Program-made: the position numbers and the translations under genes
Notes under the pieces: model-generated
Told to the model about the DNA's origin: nothing
Databases searched by the model: none
What the model saw: the letters and a program-made list of their open reading frames with translations, nothing else
Shown: piece after piece, positions 31,747-43,273 of the stretch
How the letters are laid out: every line of letters starts with the position of its first letter
Numbering within the stretch: position 1 is the stretch's first letter
Origin: Alphaproteobacteria bacterium
GTDB lineage: Bacteria; Pseudomonadota; Alphaproteobacteria; MPNO01; UBA830
Direction of reading: 5' to 3'
Assembly: GCA_964291215.2 (NCBI GenBank)
Contig: OZ219791.1
Span: 672,001 to 736,000, forward strand
DNA: 64,000 nucleotides

Positions 31747-31961
31747 TCCGGACAGCAGAAGACAGCAAAATTGAATGCAGCATAAGAAACGTCTGATTCG
31801 GAACTCGGCCCATGATGCTTCGTTGCGGACCTATGTTATTATCGCGCTGTCGGCCGGGCCTTGCCCGGCCGACACGTCATTCGCGGTTGGACCCCGCACG
31901 TGCACGCGGGCCGGCCTTTCGTGGACGGTCGCGAGGCGCGGCCACTGCCGGAGACAAAAGC

Positions 31962-32288
31962 ATGGCGGAAGGCATTCTGGACGACATCGTCCGCCTCCGA
32001 CGGCAGGTCGTTGATGCTGCCAAGGAGCATGGTAACGGTAAGGACATTAGCGGGCAGCTTTCGTCGATCGCCGACGAGCTCGGCCATCTGCTGGAGAAGG
32101 CGGAGTCCCGACTCGACGAGATGAGCGAGGCCGGCATCGACGAGCGCACGCGGTTCATTTCCGAACTTGCCGGCACGCTGCTGTGCAGCAGCATGGCGCA
32201 GCGCGGGAGCGCGGTTACGGAATCCCAACTTGAGCAGTCCGTCGACATGGCGTCGGAGATTGTGAAGCGGGTCAAGGCGCGCATGTGA
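31962..32288 (+). CDS. hypothetical helical protein (108 aa)
   Basis: GGAG RBS before MAEGILDDIV; amphipathic helical pattern. Confidence 0.65.
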   Translation: MAEGILDDIVRLRRQVVDAAKEHGNGKDISGQLSSIADELGHLLEKAESRLDEMSEAGIDERTRFISELAGTLLCSSMAQRGSAVTESQLEQSVDMASEIVKRVKARM

Positions 32289-32320
32289 GCGCACCCCGCG
32301 GGGTGGGGCTGCGGCCGGAT

Positions 32321-33355
32321 TCAGTTGCCCAGTTCGCGGTTGACCAGCGCCGCGCCGGCGGTCAGCGCGTGCAGCTTGCCGTGCGCTGAGCCCCGGCTCC
32401 GTGGCACCATGCCGCAGTCCGTGCAGGCGATCAGATGCTCGGCTGGCACATGGTTGAGGGTGCGGCGGATGCGTTCCGCGACGACGGTGGCCGGCTCGAC
32501 CTCCTCGTTGCCCACGTCGATCACGCCAACGAGGACATCCTTGCCCTCGAGGGCGCCGAGTATGCTGGGATCGACACCTGAGGCAGCGCATTCCACCGAG
32601 ACCTGATCGATCGTGCTTCCGGCAATGAGCGGCAGCGTCGCGTCGTAGTGGCTCCAATCGCGATTGGCGTTCTTCCAGTTGAGGACGGTTTCCGTCCCGT
32701 ACCCGTAGCAGATATGCACCGCGCGCTTTGCGGCGACGCCGGCGAAGGCGCGTTCGAGAACTTCCAGACCCCAGTCCTTCACCGCCTCGGTGTAGATGTT
32801 GAAGCACGGTTCGTCGATCTGGACGACATCTGCGCCGGCTTCGGCCAAGGCCCGCGCCTCGAGATTGAGAATGGCGGCGTAGTCGGCCGCGAAGTCCACA
32901 TCGGAACGGCCGCCGGCGGTGTCGAAGATGCTGTCGGCGACGGTCATCGGACCGGGCAGCGTCACTTTGATCGGCCGGTCGGTGCGGGCGCGCGCAAAGC
33001 GCAGCGCCTCGAGCAGCACCGGCCCGTCCCACTGCAGGTCCGAGAGCAGGCGCGGTGCGGCCGTCTCGGTCGAATAGCGCTGGCCACGGCTTCTCTTGCT
33101 GCCCTGGTTGTCGAAATCGATCTGCCCGAGATGCTCGACAAACCCCCATATGTAATGCCGCCGCCGCTGTTCGCCGTCGGTCACGATATCGATGCCGGCC
33201 TCCTCCTGGGCGGCGAGCCACAGGCTCACGGCATCATCCTGGCCGACGGCCAAGGCATCGCCCTCAAGGTGCCAGGGTGCGCGCAGGAGCAGAGGTTCGG
33301 CCAGCCATTCCGGCTTCGGCAGGCTTCCGGCGATCGTGGTGCGGATCAATGACAT
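32321..33355 (-). CDS. core (MetE C-terminal-like, MesD-like) methionine synthase
   Basis: TTIAGSLPKPEWLA, TDGEQRR, QIDEP, zinc ligands HICYGY / E / TDCG. Confidence 0.88.
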   Translation of the reverse strand: MSLIRTTIAGSLPKPEWLAEPLLLRAPWHLEGDALAVGQDDAVSLWLAAQEEAGIDIVTDGEQRRRHYIWGFVEHLGQIDFDNQGSKRSRGQRYSTETAAPRLLSDLQWDGPVLLEALRFARARTDRPIKVTLPGPMTVADSIFDTAGGRSDVDFAADYAAILNLEARALAEAGADVVQIDEPCFNIYTEAVKDWGLEVLERAFAGVAAKRAVHICYGYGTETVLNWKNANRDWSHYDATLPLIAGSTIDQVSVECAASGVDPSILGALEGKDVLVGVIDVGNEEVEPATVVAERIRRTLNHVPAEHLIACTDCGMVPRSRGSAHGKLHALTAGAALVNRELGN

Positions 33356-33387
33356 GGGCCGGTCCCCGGCGTCCCGGCTGCGGTCCG

Positions 33388-34248
33388 TCACAGCCCCATC
33401 ATGGCGCTGACCTTGGCGCCGAGCAGGCTCTCCGGATCGTCGAGGTCGAAAACGATGTCGAAGTGATTCCGGCCCGGATGCTCGAAGATGTCCACAGTCC
33501 AACCCCTATCCTTCCAGGCATCGGCCAGAATGCGGCTTTGGCGCTTGAATTCCGACGTTTCCGAGGTGCCGTAGGAAATCACCAGCGGGCAGCCGGTCTC
33601 GGGAAGATGGTGGATCGGGCTGTTACGCCGCGCCGACGCCTCGTCGAGTTGCGCCCATTCATTGACGTTGGAAAGCCGCACCGGCTCGAGATCATGCAGG
33701 CCGTTCAGGGGCACCGCGCCCTTGATGGCGTCGGGAGGGAGCCCCGCCTGTTCGCGCCATCCGCCGGCAACCATCATGCCGGTGAGGTGGCCGCCTGCCG
33801 ACGAGCCGCATACGAAGAGGCGGTTGGGGTCGCCGCCGAATTCCGATGCGTGCGACCATGTCCATGCCACGGCGGCGCGGCACTGGCGGACGATCTCGTC
33901 GAGCGAGGCGCCCGGGGCGAGGGAATAGTTGACGGTGACCACCGCGGCGCCCGCGTTGACAAGCCCCGGGGCCATGAAGGCGGACTCCTTCTGGCTGAGC
34001 ATGCGCCAGTAGCCGCCGTGGATATAGACCAGAACCGGCGCCCCGTCGCCGGCTGGGAAGATGTCGACGACCTCGTCGGGATGCTCGCCATAGGCGATGT
34101 CGGTGCGACATTCAAGCCTATCGCGGGCCTCGGCGCTGCGCCGCGCGTATTCGGCGATGTATGGATCCAGATTCGGCACCGTGTCGCGTGCGCTGTATTC
34201 CCGGTTGAGGGTTTTCTGGTCGAAGCCGAGATAGACAGTGTCGGTCAT
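33388..34248 (-). CDS. alpha/beta hydrolase (arylformamidase-like)
   Basis: [16 protein letters not shown]. Confidence 0.88.
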   Translation of the reverse strand: MTDTVYLGFDQKTLNREYSARDTVPNLDPYIAEYARRSAEARDRLECRTDIAYGEHPDEVVDIFPAGDGAPVLVYIHGGYWRMLSQKESAFMAPGLVNAGAAVVTVNYSLAPGASLDEIVRQCRAAVAWTWSHASEFGGDPNRLFVCGSSAGGHLTGMMVAGGWREQAGLPPDAIKGAVPLNGLHDLEPVRLSNVNEWAQLDEASARRNSPIHHLPETGCPLVISYGTSETSEFKRQSRILADAWKDRGWTVDIFEHPGRNHFDIVFDLDDPESLLGAKVSAMMGL

Positions 34249-34267
34249 GGCGATGTCTCCGCGCGTC

Positions 34268-35077
34268 TCAGAGGCTTGATGTTGGATCGAAATCCGGCCG
34301 CCGCTTCTCGCGGAGACTGGCCAGCCCTTCGCGGGCCTCGGGGCCGGTGAAGCCCAGGAATTCGAGCGCCAGCGAGGTGTCGAAATTCGGCCCCATCATG
34401 CGCAGCCAGTTGTTGAGCGCATACTTGGTGAAGCGGATGGCGGACGGGGCGCCGCGGGCGAGTTTTTCGGCAACGCGGACGGCGGTGTCCTGGAGCGCGT
34501 CGTCGTTCACGCACATCGATACGAGGCCGATCCGCTCAGCCTCCTCTCCCGAGACGGGTTCGCACAGGAGAAGGTAGTATTTCGCTTTAGCCATGCCGCA
34601 GAGCAGCGGCCAGATGATGGCGGCGTGATCGCCTGCCGCAACGCCGAGGCGGGTGTGTCCGTCGATGATGCGCGCGGTCTTGGCGGCGATCGAGATGTCG
34701 GCCAGGAGCCCGGCCACGAGGCCAGCGCCGACCGCGGGTCCCTGCATGGCGCTGACGATCGGCTTCGAGCAGTTGACGACATTGTAGACGATGTCGCGGG
34801 CTTCCTTCCAGCCGTTTACCCGCGCCTCGAAGTCGTTGATCAGGCTGTCGATCATGTCGAAGTCGCCGCCGGCCGAGAACGCGTCGCCGGCACCGGTAAG
34901 GATGGCAACCGAGGTGTCGGGATCGGCCTCGACATCCTTCCACACCTCGACCAGTTCGCGGTGCATGACGGCGTCCGCAGCGTTGAGCCGGCCCGGCGTA
35001 TCCATCGTGATGCGGACGATCCGTTCGGCGGGCCGATCGAACTTCAGGCGCTGATAACCCGAATAGCACTCTGTCAT
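34268..35077 (-). CDS. enoyl-CoA hydratase/isomerase family protein
   Basis: [30 protein letters not shown]. Confidence 0.92.
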   Translation of the reverse strand: MTECYSGYQRLKFDRPAERIVRITMDTPGRLNAADAVMHRELVEVWKDVEADPDTSVAILTGAGDAFSAGGDFDMIDSLINDFEARVNGWKEARDIVYNVVNCSKPIVSAMQGPAVGAGLVAGLLADISIAAKTARIIDGHTRLGVAAGDHAAIIWPLLCGMAKAKYYLLLCEPVSGEEAERIGLVSMCVNDDALQDTAVRVAEKLARGAPSAIRFTKYALNNWLRMMGPNFDTSLALEFLGFTGPEAREGLASLREKRRPDFDPTSSL

Positions 35078-35250
35078 TTTCTTCCTCGTTGCTAGTGGTC
35101 CAAGGAGCTGGCGTCCGTGTCTCTGGCGCCGCCGTCAGCGGGCTGGGCGTGAAGGTCTGCGGGAACGCGGCCGACGCTGCCGGCCCGAAGGATTGCGGCA
35201 TTGTACCGCGTGCCCCTGTCCCGGTCATCACGGTCGGGGACGGTTTCGGG

Positions 35251-36105
35251 TCAGCCCGTCCCGCCCGGTCCCGCCGTTCCGGCGGCCGCTCGCCCTCCAG
35301 ACCGACACGGCGAAGGAGCCGGCGCTCGCCGGCGGCGAAATCGGTGCGTGCATGCTGCGTGCACCAGTTGTCCCATATCACGAGGTCGCCAATCTGCCAG
35401 ACATGTTCGTAGAGATGTTCGGGACGCTCGACATGGGCGAAGCAAAGTTCGAGCACCGCCCGCCCGTCATCCGCGTTGAAACCGACAAGCTCCTCGGTCA
35501 TCAGGCGGTTGAAGTGGAGCACCTCGCGCCCCGTCTCCGGGTGTATGCAAACGGCGGGATGCGCCGGGTGCGGCACGCGGCTGCGGTCGAAGGTCGACGG
35601 TTTTATCTGGGTCGAATAGTCGTAGGCATACACCGCGTCCAAGGCCCAGATCCGCGCCCTGACGGCGCCGGGTAGCGAGGCCCAAGTATGTACATATTGG
35701 CGAACAGCGTGTTGCCGCCTTCCCGCGGAATCCCCTCGGCATAGAGCAGCGCGCCCTTGATCGGCATTTCGAGAAACACGGAATCGGAATGGAACATCAG
35801 TTCGCCATCGGGCAGGACCCCGACGAGTTTCCCCGTTCTCGTGGACATTGCTCACGAGCATCACACGGTTGTCGCCGCCGTCCTTTCTCTCCGTGGAGCG
35901 CGAGCCGACCGGCGTGTCGAAATGCTGCGCGAACGCCACCTGCCCGCTTCCTCAGGCGCTGGTTCCGGAACACCAGGACAAGATGCTCAAGCCGGGCGGA
36001 ACGGAGCGCTGCGACCGTTCCGTGGTCGAGCGGCCGCGCGAGGTCGAGGCCCCGGATCTCGGCGCCGAGCGTCGGCGACAGCCTGTGAAGCCCGAATCCA
36101 CCCAT
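35251..36105 (-). pseudogene. TauD/TfdA dioxygenase, frameshifted
   Basis: LSPTLGAEIRGLDL, FHSD, GGNTLFANMY, WQIGDLVIWDN.CTQHAR split over three frames. Confidence 0.88.
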
Positions 36106-36211
36106 AGCCGGAACCTACATTATTTCCGGTGCGTGCGCCCGTCCCGGCGCGTAGCATGAATCGACCGCGTCAGGCCGTCTCGGGCGCAAAGGGCGATTCC
36201 CCCGAAGGTCG

Positions 36212-36894
36212 CTAGCGATCCCGCGCTTCACACTGCTCCGATTCCATGAAGGCGTGCAGTCCCGTCGCCTCATTTTCATCGAACCGTTCACCTGTTGCGG
36301 TGAGGTTCACCATGCGGTCAAACCGGAACGTGCGGAAATCCTGCTGCAGCTCGCACCAGGCGGAGAGAATCCAGCCGTCGGTCAAATTCCAAATCATGAG
36401 AGGGCGTACGCGGCGCTCGGTTGGTTGCCATCGCTGTCCCGATAGTTGAACTGGGCGATCTGCCGTTGGCGGATCGCCCGGCGGAGCAAAGCCAGATTCG
36501 GTGTTGCGTTTCCCCCTTGAAGGTTGAAGTACGGCACATCGGCAAGCTTGTGTTCCTCCGGTTGAGGCATGCCTGCCTGGATTTCCGCACGCATTTCGCG
36601 CGCCGCAGTCGCCAGCACCGGATCGCCAGCGCTTTCCACGAAGGAAAGATCTACGGCAAGCGCATCGACCTGGTCATGGGTGAACGTCACGTTGGGCAGG
36701 TCAAAGCCCGGTCGCAGCAGGCAACCAACGCCCGCCTCGCCCTCGGTCGGCAGGCCGGAGGTCTGGAGGTAGCCGATGGCGCGATAGATTGTGCTGATTC
36801 TGACCTCAAAATGCTCGGCAAGTTCGTGGGCTCGACTGATGCCGCGGGCCCGCATCTTGTTGATCGGTCTGAACAGTCTTTCTGCGCGCCTCAT
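36212..36894 (-). pseudogene. YafY-like HTH-WYL regulator, frameshifted
   Basis: MRRAERLF, TIYRAI..L, EGEAGVG, then AWCELQQDFRTFRFDRM in another frame. Confidence 0.85.
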
Positions 36895-37088
36895 CGGCTT
36901 CACGCACGGCCCGGATTTCGAAGGAGTTGAGGCGTGACCATTCCCGTTTCATGCCTGTGTCACGAGTTCAGCGAGTCTCGATGGTTCTGATGCCCGGAGC
37001 CGCTCCGGATGGTCTGCGATTCTGGCTGGCATTCAAGAAAAGAACCTGGCAGCCTGCGGGAACGCTTCAGGACTTTCCGGTTTTGCGT

Positions 37089-37484
37089 TCAGCCGGCGAC
37101 CGTAGCCTCGATCTTGAACATCAGCGGAGGTAAAGCGAGCCGGTTGACACCGAGAAGGGGCATTGGAGGAGCGGCGTCAACAGGCCTGAAATGTGATCGG
37201 AGAACATCGAAGTGCTGCATGGCCTCGTCCACATCAGTGGTGTAGATTCTGAGTCGGACAATGTCGGCAAGGCCCATGTCGGCAGCGTTCAGAACGGCTT
37301 CCAGATTGTCGAGGACAGGAGCGGTCTGACCGCGCATGTCGCCTGTGTGCTGCGGGTTGCCGTCGGCGTCGACGGAGGTTTGGCCTGCGCAGACCAAGTG
37401 CCGGCTTGCTCCGGCGAGCACTTCGGCCTGCTTGTAGCCCAAATTCAGCGATCACGGCCAAGGGTTGACTGCTGTTCTCTTCAT
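37089..37484 (-). pseudogene. RidA-family protein with in-frame TGA at codon 11
   Basis: MKRTAVNPWP*SLNLGYKQAE..AGQTSVD..LDNLEAVL..IEATVA. Confidence 0.8.
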
Positions 37485-37668
37485 GGGTTGTGCGTCCTCA
37501 TTGACGTTTCGGAGAGCGGTCCTTATCACAGGCCTCCTGTCACCGTGGTGACGGGGGTCATCACGGTGCTATCGGTGCTGCCTCGGCTTTCCGGCGTGGG
37601 GGCGCCGCCCTGCGCTTCGGCAGGACTTCCCCACGCCGCATTCGATCTTGCCGACAGCTGATGGAGGG

Positions 37669-37808
37669 AGGTTGCACAGCCTGCCGGGTTTTCTGGCCGT
37701 GGGGCGGTCCACGGATCAGCGCAGCCGGAAAACCTGGCAAGAATGCGGAAATTTGTGCCCCGTTCAGCGATCTTTCAAAACATCAACCACAGCGCGGGAA
37801 AGTCCTGG
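37669..37808 (+). mobile_element. ~140-bp MITE (copy A) related to the end of the ISAs1-type element
   Basis: Matches reverse complement of ~31690-31746 and of 40062-40120 plus 41339-41420. Confidence 0.7.
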
Positions 37809-37885
37809 CGCTTCGGAAGCCGGTCTTGCCGTCGGCCCCGCGTTGCGCAAGAATGCTGGTCTTTCTGGATGAAGAAGGTTCCCTG

Positions 37886-39091
<1,206 letters not shown>

Positions 39092-39185
39092 GGCCGCACC
39101 GGTCCTTGGGTCCCGCCATCCGTCGCGTAGCGGCGGACCGGTTCGTGGCGTGCCGGCCGCAGCCGCCCGGCACGGGAGGCGGGCC

Positions 39186-40061
39186 ATGTCTCCTATGACC
39201 GTCCTTCCGCGCTCCCTCAGCGAAACGATCGGCCGGCGTTTGCTGGCCGAAGATCAGGTCACGGCCGCGCCTGTGGCGGCATTCATGGCGACCTTCGGGC
39301 GCGATGATCCGCCTCCCGTCCCCGGCTCGCCGGTGCCGCCGCTGTGGCACGGGCTGTTCTGTGTTGTCAGGCATCTGCCCTCGCGCCTCGGTCGCGACGG
39401 TCTTGCCGTCGGAACCGGGCTGCCGCCCGAGACGCCGGAGTTCCCCGACCGCCTGTTCGGCGGCGCACGCTACCGTTTCCACCGCCCGCTGCGGGTGGGC
39501 GAGCAGATGAAGCGGGAATCGGAAATGGTGTCGTTCGAGATCAAGGAGGGCCGCAGCGGCACCTTCGTGATCGCGATCGTGCGCCATTCCATCCACGGCG
39601 ACGGCGCGCTTGCGGTGACGGAGGAGAACGATATCCTTCTGCGCCCTGCAGGTGCCGCATCGTGGCGGTCTCCGGCAGGCGGGTCGGGCTTCGCCCGGCC
39701 GCTGGCCGATGCCGCATGGTCGCGCACCGTCACGCCGGATCCGGTCCTGCTGTTTCGGCATTCCGCGGCGATGTTCAACAGCCACCGCATCCACTATGAC
39801 CGCGACTTTGCGCGGTCGCGCGGCTATCCGGGCCTCGTCGTGCAAGGGACGCTGATCGCGCGCCTGATGCTGGAGATGATCCGCGATGAGCGGCCCGATT
39901 TCGAGGTCGCCGGGTTCTCGTTCCGCTCGGGCCGGCCGATCCATGATGACGGGGACTTCACGCTCTGCGGCACGCCGTCGGCGGACGGCACGCGCATTTC
40001 GCTGGCTGCCCTCGATCACGCTGGCAACCGCGGTATGACCGCGGAGGCCACGGGGGGCTGA
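39186..40061 (+). CDS. MaoC/FAS1-like double hot-dog acyl-CoA hydratase
   Basis: PPLWH, KEGRSG, LLFRHSAAMFNSHRIHYD, YPGLVVQG. Confidence 0.85.
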   Translation: MSPMTVLPRSLSETIGRRLLAEDQVTAAPVAAFMATFGRDDPPPVPGSPVPPLWHGLFCVVRHLPSRLGRDGLAVGTGLPPETPEFPDRLFGGARYRFHRPLRVGEQMKRESEMVSFEIKEGRSGTFVIAIVRHSIHGDGALAVTEENDILLRPAGAASWRSPAGGSGFARPLADAAWSRTVTPDPVLLFRHSAAMFNSHRIHYDRDFARSRGYPGLVVQGTLIARLMLEMIRDERPDFEVAGFSFRSGRPIHDDGDFTLCGTPSADGTRISLAALDHAGNRGMTAEATGG

Positions 40062-40120
40062 CTAGGATTTTCCCACGCTGTGGGTGATGCCCTGAATGAC
40101 CACTGAACGGGGCACAAATT

Positions 40121-41338
40121 TCAGATGTCCTGACCTCGTGAGTTGACTTGATCAGTCCGGCCTCTTTTTTTCAACACAATCAACGACTTTTACGGCTTTT
40201 TTCTTGACAACATAGCCGCACGATCGCCCAATATAACATGGCGCCCATAATTGGACAGTCCCGGCCTGCCAGGGCCGGGCGCGCCGGACCTCGCCAAGGG
40301 AGAGGCAGCTGCGCTGACGCTGGTGTTCGGCCGCGAGGGCTGGAGCCCGGCGTTGTTCGCCCGCCTCGCCCGGCGCGGGATGGCGGTGACCACCTGGCAC
40401 AAGGGGTTCGGGGGCGATCCCTGGCTGGAGGGGAAGTTCCGCACGGCCGCTCCACGGTCCAGGTGGCGTCCGGACCGCCGAGGTGCGGCTCGCGGAGAAA
40501 CGGATCACGCTGCCCGGCGGGCCGGAGGTGCGCCAGATCCGGCGTCTTCTGGACAGCCGGCAGGTGCCGCTTGTCACCACCGACATGCACACGCCCATGG
40601 AGCGGGTGTGGGCGCGCTGTTCTCGCGCTGGTCCCAGGAGAGCTTCTTCAAGTACATGCGCGAGGAGATCGGCCTCGACGCCCGTGCACGGCCTTGTCGA
40701 GCAGGACCCTGCAGCGCGCGTCCCGGACTGGCGCCGCTGCGACCGCCGCATCCGGCAGCGGCGCCAGAAGCTCGGCACGCTGCGGAACCGCGTCGCCGAC
40801 CTGCTCAGGGGCGCCCCGTCCGACATCGCCGTCACGGCCGCCGGGACGTTGAAGGACGAGATCGTGACGCTCGGCGCCGAGCACGAGGCGCTCAAGGTCC
40901 GGCGTTCAGAAACCCCGAAGCATGTCACGGTGGCCGAGCTCGACGAGAGGCTCGACGCCCTGCCTTCCAGCGAGAAGCTGCTGCTCGACATCGTTCGCAT
41001 GACCGCCTGCCGCGCCGAGGCCCGGATGATGTCCGCCGTCGCCGCGGCGCAGGGCGCAAAGCAGCGTCCGCGACGCCCCCTCGCCGAACTGTTCCGCTCG
41101 GACGCCGACATCATCCCCGACCCGGAGAACGGCGTCCTGCGGGTGCGCATCCTCGGCACCGCCAGCAACGCGCGCGACGCCGACATCGCCGGACTGCTCG
41201 ACGGACTCAACTGGACGCGCACGATCTTCCCCGGAACCGGGCTTCGCATGATCCACGAACTGGCAGACAACGCACGCAAACCCGGCCCATAAGCATCGCC
41301 CTGATTGGAAAAATCGAACCCGAGGTCAGGACATCTGA
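40121..41338 (+). mobile_element. internally deleted unclassified IS with 18-bp TIR, inserted in MITE copy B
   Basis: TCAGATGTCCTGACCTCG / CGAGGTCAGGACATCTGA flanked by AATT; transposase fragments FGREGWSP, FSRWSQESFFKYMREE, FPGTGLRM. Confidence 0.85.
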
Positions 41339-41509
41339 AATTCCCGCCTTCTTGCCGGGTATCCTGGTCGCGACGCTCCGCGGACGGCTCTGCAGCCAGA
41401 AAATCCGGCAGGGTTGGGCTTGTGCGAGTTCCGTTCATCAGCAGGCGGCAAGATTGAACGCGGCGTGGGAAATGCCTTGGGTCTGACGGCGAGGGTCGCT
41501 GGAACGCGG

Positions 41510-41884
41510 TCAGGCAGCTTGGAAGCCTGGATTGAAGATGAGGCCGAGGGCGTTCCCCCACGGATCGGTCACGGTGGCGACCACGATGTCGCCGCCGACA
41601 TTGGTTTGCGGATCGCCCGGAGCCGCGCCAAGCGAGACGAGATGCGCGACGGCGCGCTCGACATCGTCGACGCCCCAGTAGGTGAGCACGTTCGCGGTCT
41701 TCGCTGTCGGTGGTGTCTCGTCGCGCATGAGGCCGAGCTCGTATCCGGCCACATTGAACCCGACATAGAACGAGTCGTCGAAATAGGGCTCCGCCCCGAA
41801 CGCTTCGCCATACCATTGGCGCGCCCGCTCGAGATCCGGAACCCTGTAGATCGTGGTCCTGAGACCGAGGAAGCCGACAGTCAT
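41510..41884 (-). CDS. VOC/glyoxalase family protein
   Basis: VPDLERARQWY, YWGVDD, DPWGNALGL. Confidence 0.9.
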   Translation of the reverse strand: MTVGFLGLRTTIYRVPDLERARQWYGEAFGAEPYFDDSFYVGFNVAGYELGLMRDETPPTAKTANVLTYWGVDDVERAVAHLVSLGAAPGDPQTNVGGDIVVATVTDPWGNALGLIFNPGFQAA

Positions 41885-41966
41885 CCGTCCATGCTCCTGC
41901 TCTGCCGCCGGTATCGGCCATGCCGCGGCGGCTGTCCGGTGCGCAATGGTAGCACGGCGGCAGCGG

Positions 41967-42539
41967 TCACGATGCGGCGCGGTTGAGCCCGGGGCGCCAC
42001 AGTACGTCCGACCTGCCGCCGTCATTGGCGGCGCGCGCCATCACGAACAGGAGGTCGGACAGGCGGTTGAGGAAGCGAATGGCCTGCGGGTTGACGTTCT
42101 CTGCCTCGCCTAGGGTGCATGCCGCGCGCTCGGCACGGCGGCAGACTGTGCAGGCAAGATGAAGCGCGGCGGCCAGATCGCTCCCGCCACGCAGCACGAA
42201 GGAGGAGAGCGGCTCGAGCTCGCGGCCGACAGCGTCGATTTCCCGTTCCAAGCGCGCCACTTGGTCCGCATGGATGCGGAGATGGCCATCCCCCGGATCG
42301 GCGCCCGGGCGCGTGATGTCGGCACCGAGGTCAAAAAGATCGTTCTGGATCCGGGCAAGTATCGCGTCGGTCCCGGCCGAGTCGGAATGGCGCCTTGCAA
42401 TGCCGATCGCAGCGTTGGTCTCGTCGATGTCGCCTTGGGCCGAGATGCGCTGCGAAGCCTTGGAAATGCGGCTGCCGTCGCCGAGCGATGTCTGTCCGCC
42501 ATCGCCGCCGCCGGTGTAGATCCTGTCGAGTTTCACCAT
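41967..42539 (-). CDS. PduO-type cob(I)alamin adenosyltransferase
   Basis: IYTGGGDGGQTSL, GDIDETNA, IQNDLFDLGAD, CRRAER, LNRLSDLLF. Confidence 0.93.
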   Translation of the reverse strand: MVKLDRIYTGGGDGGQTSLGDGSRISKASQRISAQGDIDETNAAIGIARRHSDSAGTDAILARIQNDLFDLGADITRPGADPGDGHLRIHADQVARLEREIDAVGRELEPLSSFVLRGGSDLAAALHLACTVCRRAERAACTLGEAENVNPQAIRFLNRLSDLLFVMARAANDGGRSDVLWRPGLNRAAS

Positions 42540-42674
42540 GAGTCCGCCTTGCCGGTGGCCGGACGGCGTGGCCCCGCCCGTTGTCGCACCGGCATTGTGG
42601 CGGGGCCGCACGGGAGGCGCAACAGGTTCGCGCGCCCGGCCCCTGGCGGCCGTCCTTGCCGATTCGGCAAGATA

Positions 42675-42688
42675 AGTGTATCTGCACT
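42675..42688. promoter_or_regulatory. candidate MarR autoregulatory operator AGTGTA-TC-TGCACT
   Basis: Imperfect palindrome 6 bp before the MarR start codon. Confidence 0.5.
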
Positions 42689-42694
42689 GTTGCG

Positions 42695-43162
42695 ATGACG
42701 GAGCTTGATGCCCACTGCGCCTTTCACACCCGGGTTGCGTGGCATTGCACATGTTTCAACATGCGCCGCGCCGCGCGCGCGGTGACCCGGATCTATGACG
42801 AGGCGTTGGCGGAGAGCGGGCTGAAGGCGACCCAGTTCACGATGCTCGGCGCGGTTGCCATCCTCGGACCGGCTCCGCTCACGCATCTCGCCGAGCACAT
42901 GGCGCTCGACCGCACCACGTTGACGCGGAACCTCCGGATCCTGACCGACCGCGGCCTCGTCCGCATGACCGCAGGGGGTGACCGCCGCAAGCGGGTGGTC
43001 GCCATCACCGGGGCGGGAAGGGCGGCGCTGGCCGCGGCCACGCCTGCGTGGCGTCGGGCCCAGGATCAGGTTGCCGGCGGTCTCGGAGAGGAGCGTCTGC
43101 GTCGTCTTGTGGACGACCTGAACGAACTGGCAGCGGTTGCGTCCGTTACGGCAACGGAATAA
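42695..43162 (+). CDS. MarR family regulator
   Basis: CTCFNMRRAARAVTRIYD, DRTTLTRNL, DRR wing. Confidence 0.92.
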   Translation: MTELDAHCAFHTRVAWHCTCFNMRRAARAVTRIYDEALAESGLKATQFTMLGAVAILGPAPLTHLAEHMALDRTTLTRNLRILTDRGLVRMTAGGDRRKRVVAITGAGRAALAAATPAWRRAQDQVAGGLGEERLRRLVDDLNELAAVASVTATE

Positions 43163-43273
43163 AGGTGTCTGACCGGCGCCGGAGGCGCTTCGGGTGCGGT
43201 TTGCCGCATGAAGGAGTGTCGGTCGGCCGCTATCCCGGCCCGCCGGCCCTCCTCGCGACAGGATGACGGGCTC

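Noticed and set aside
37452-37454. In-frame TGA in ridA as selenocysteine or recoding
   Set aside because: Context suggests a TGG to TGA nonsense change, the partner gene is also broken, and TGA is a normal stop elsewhere in the window
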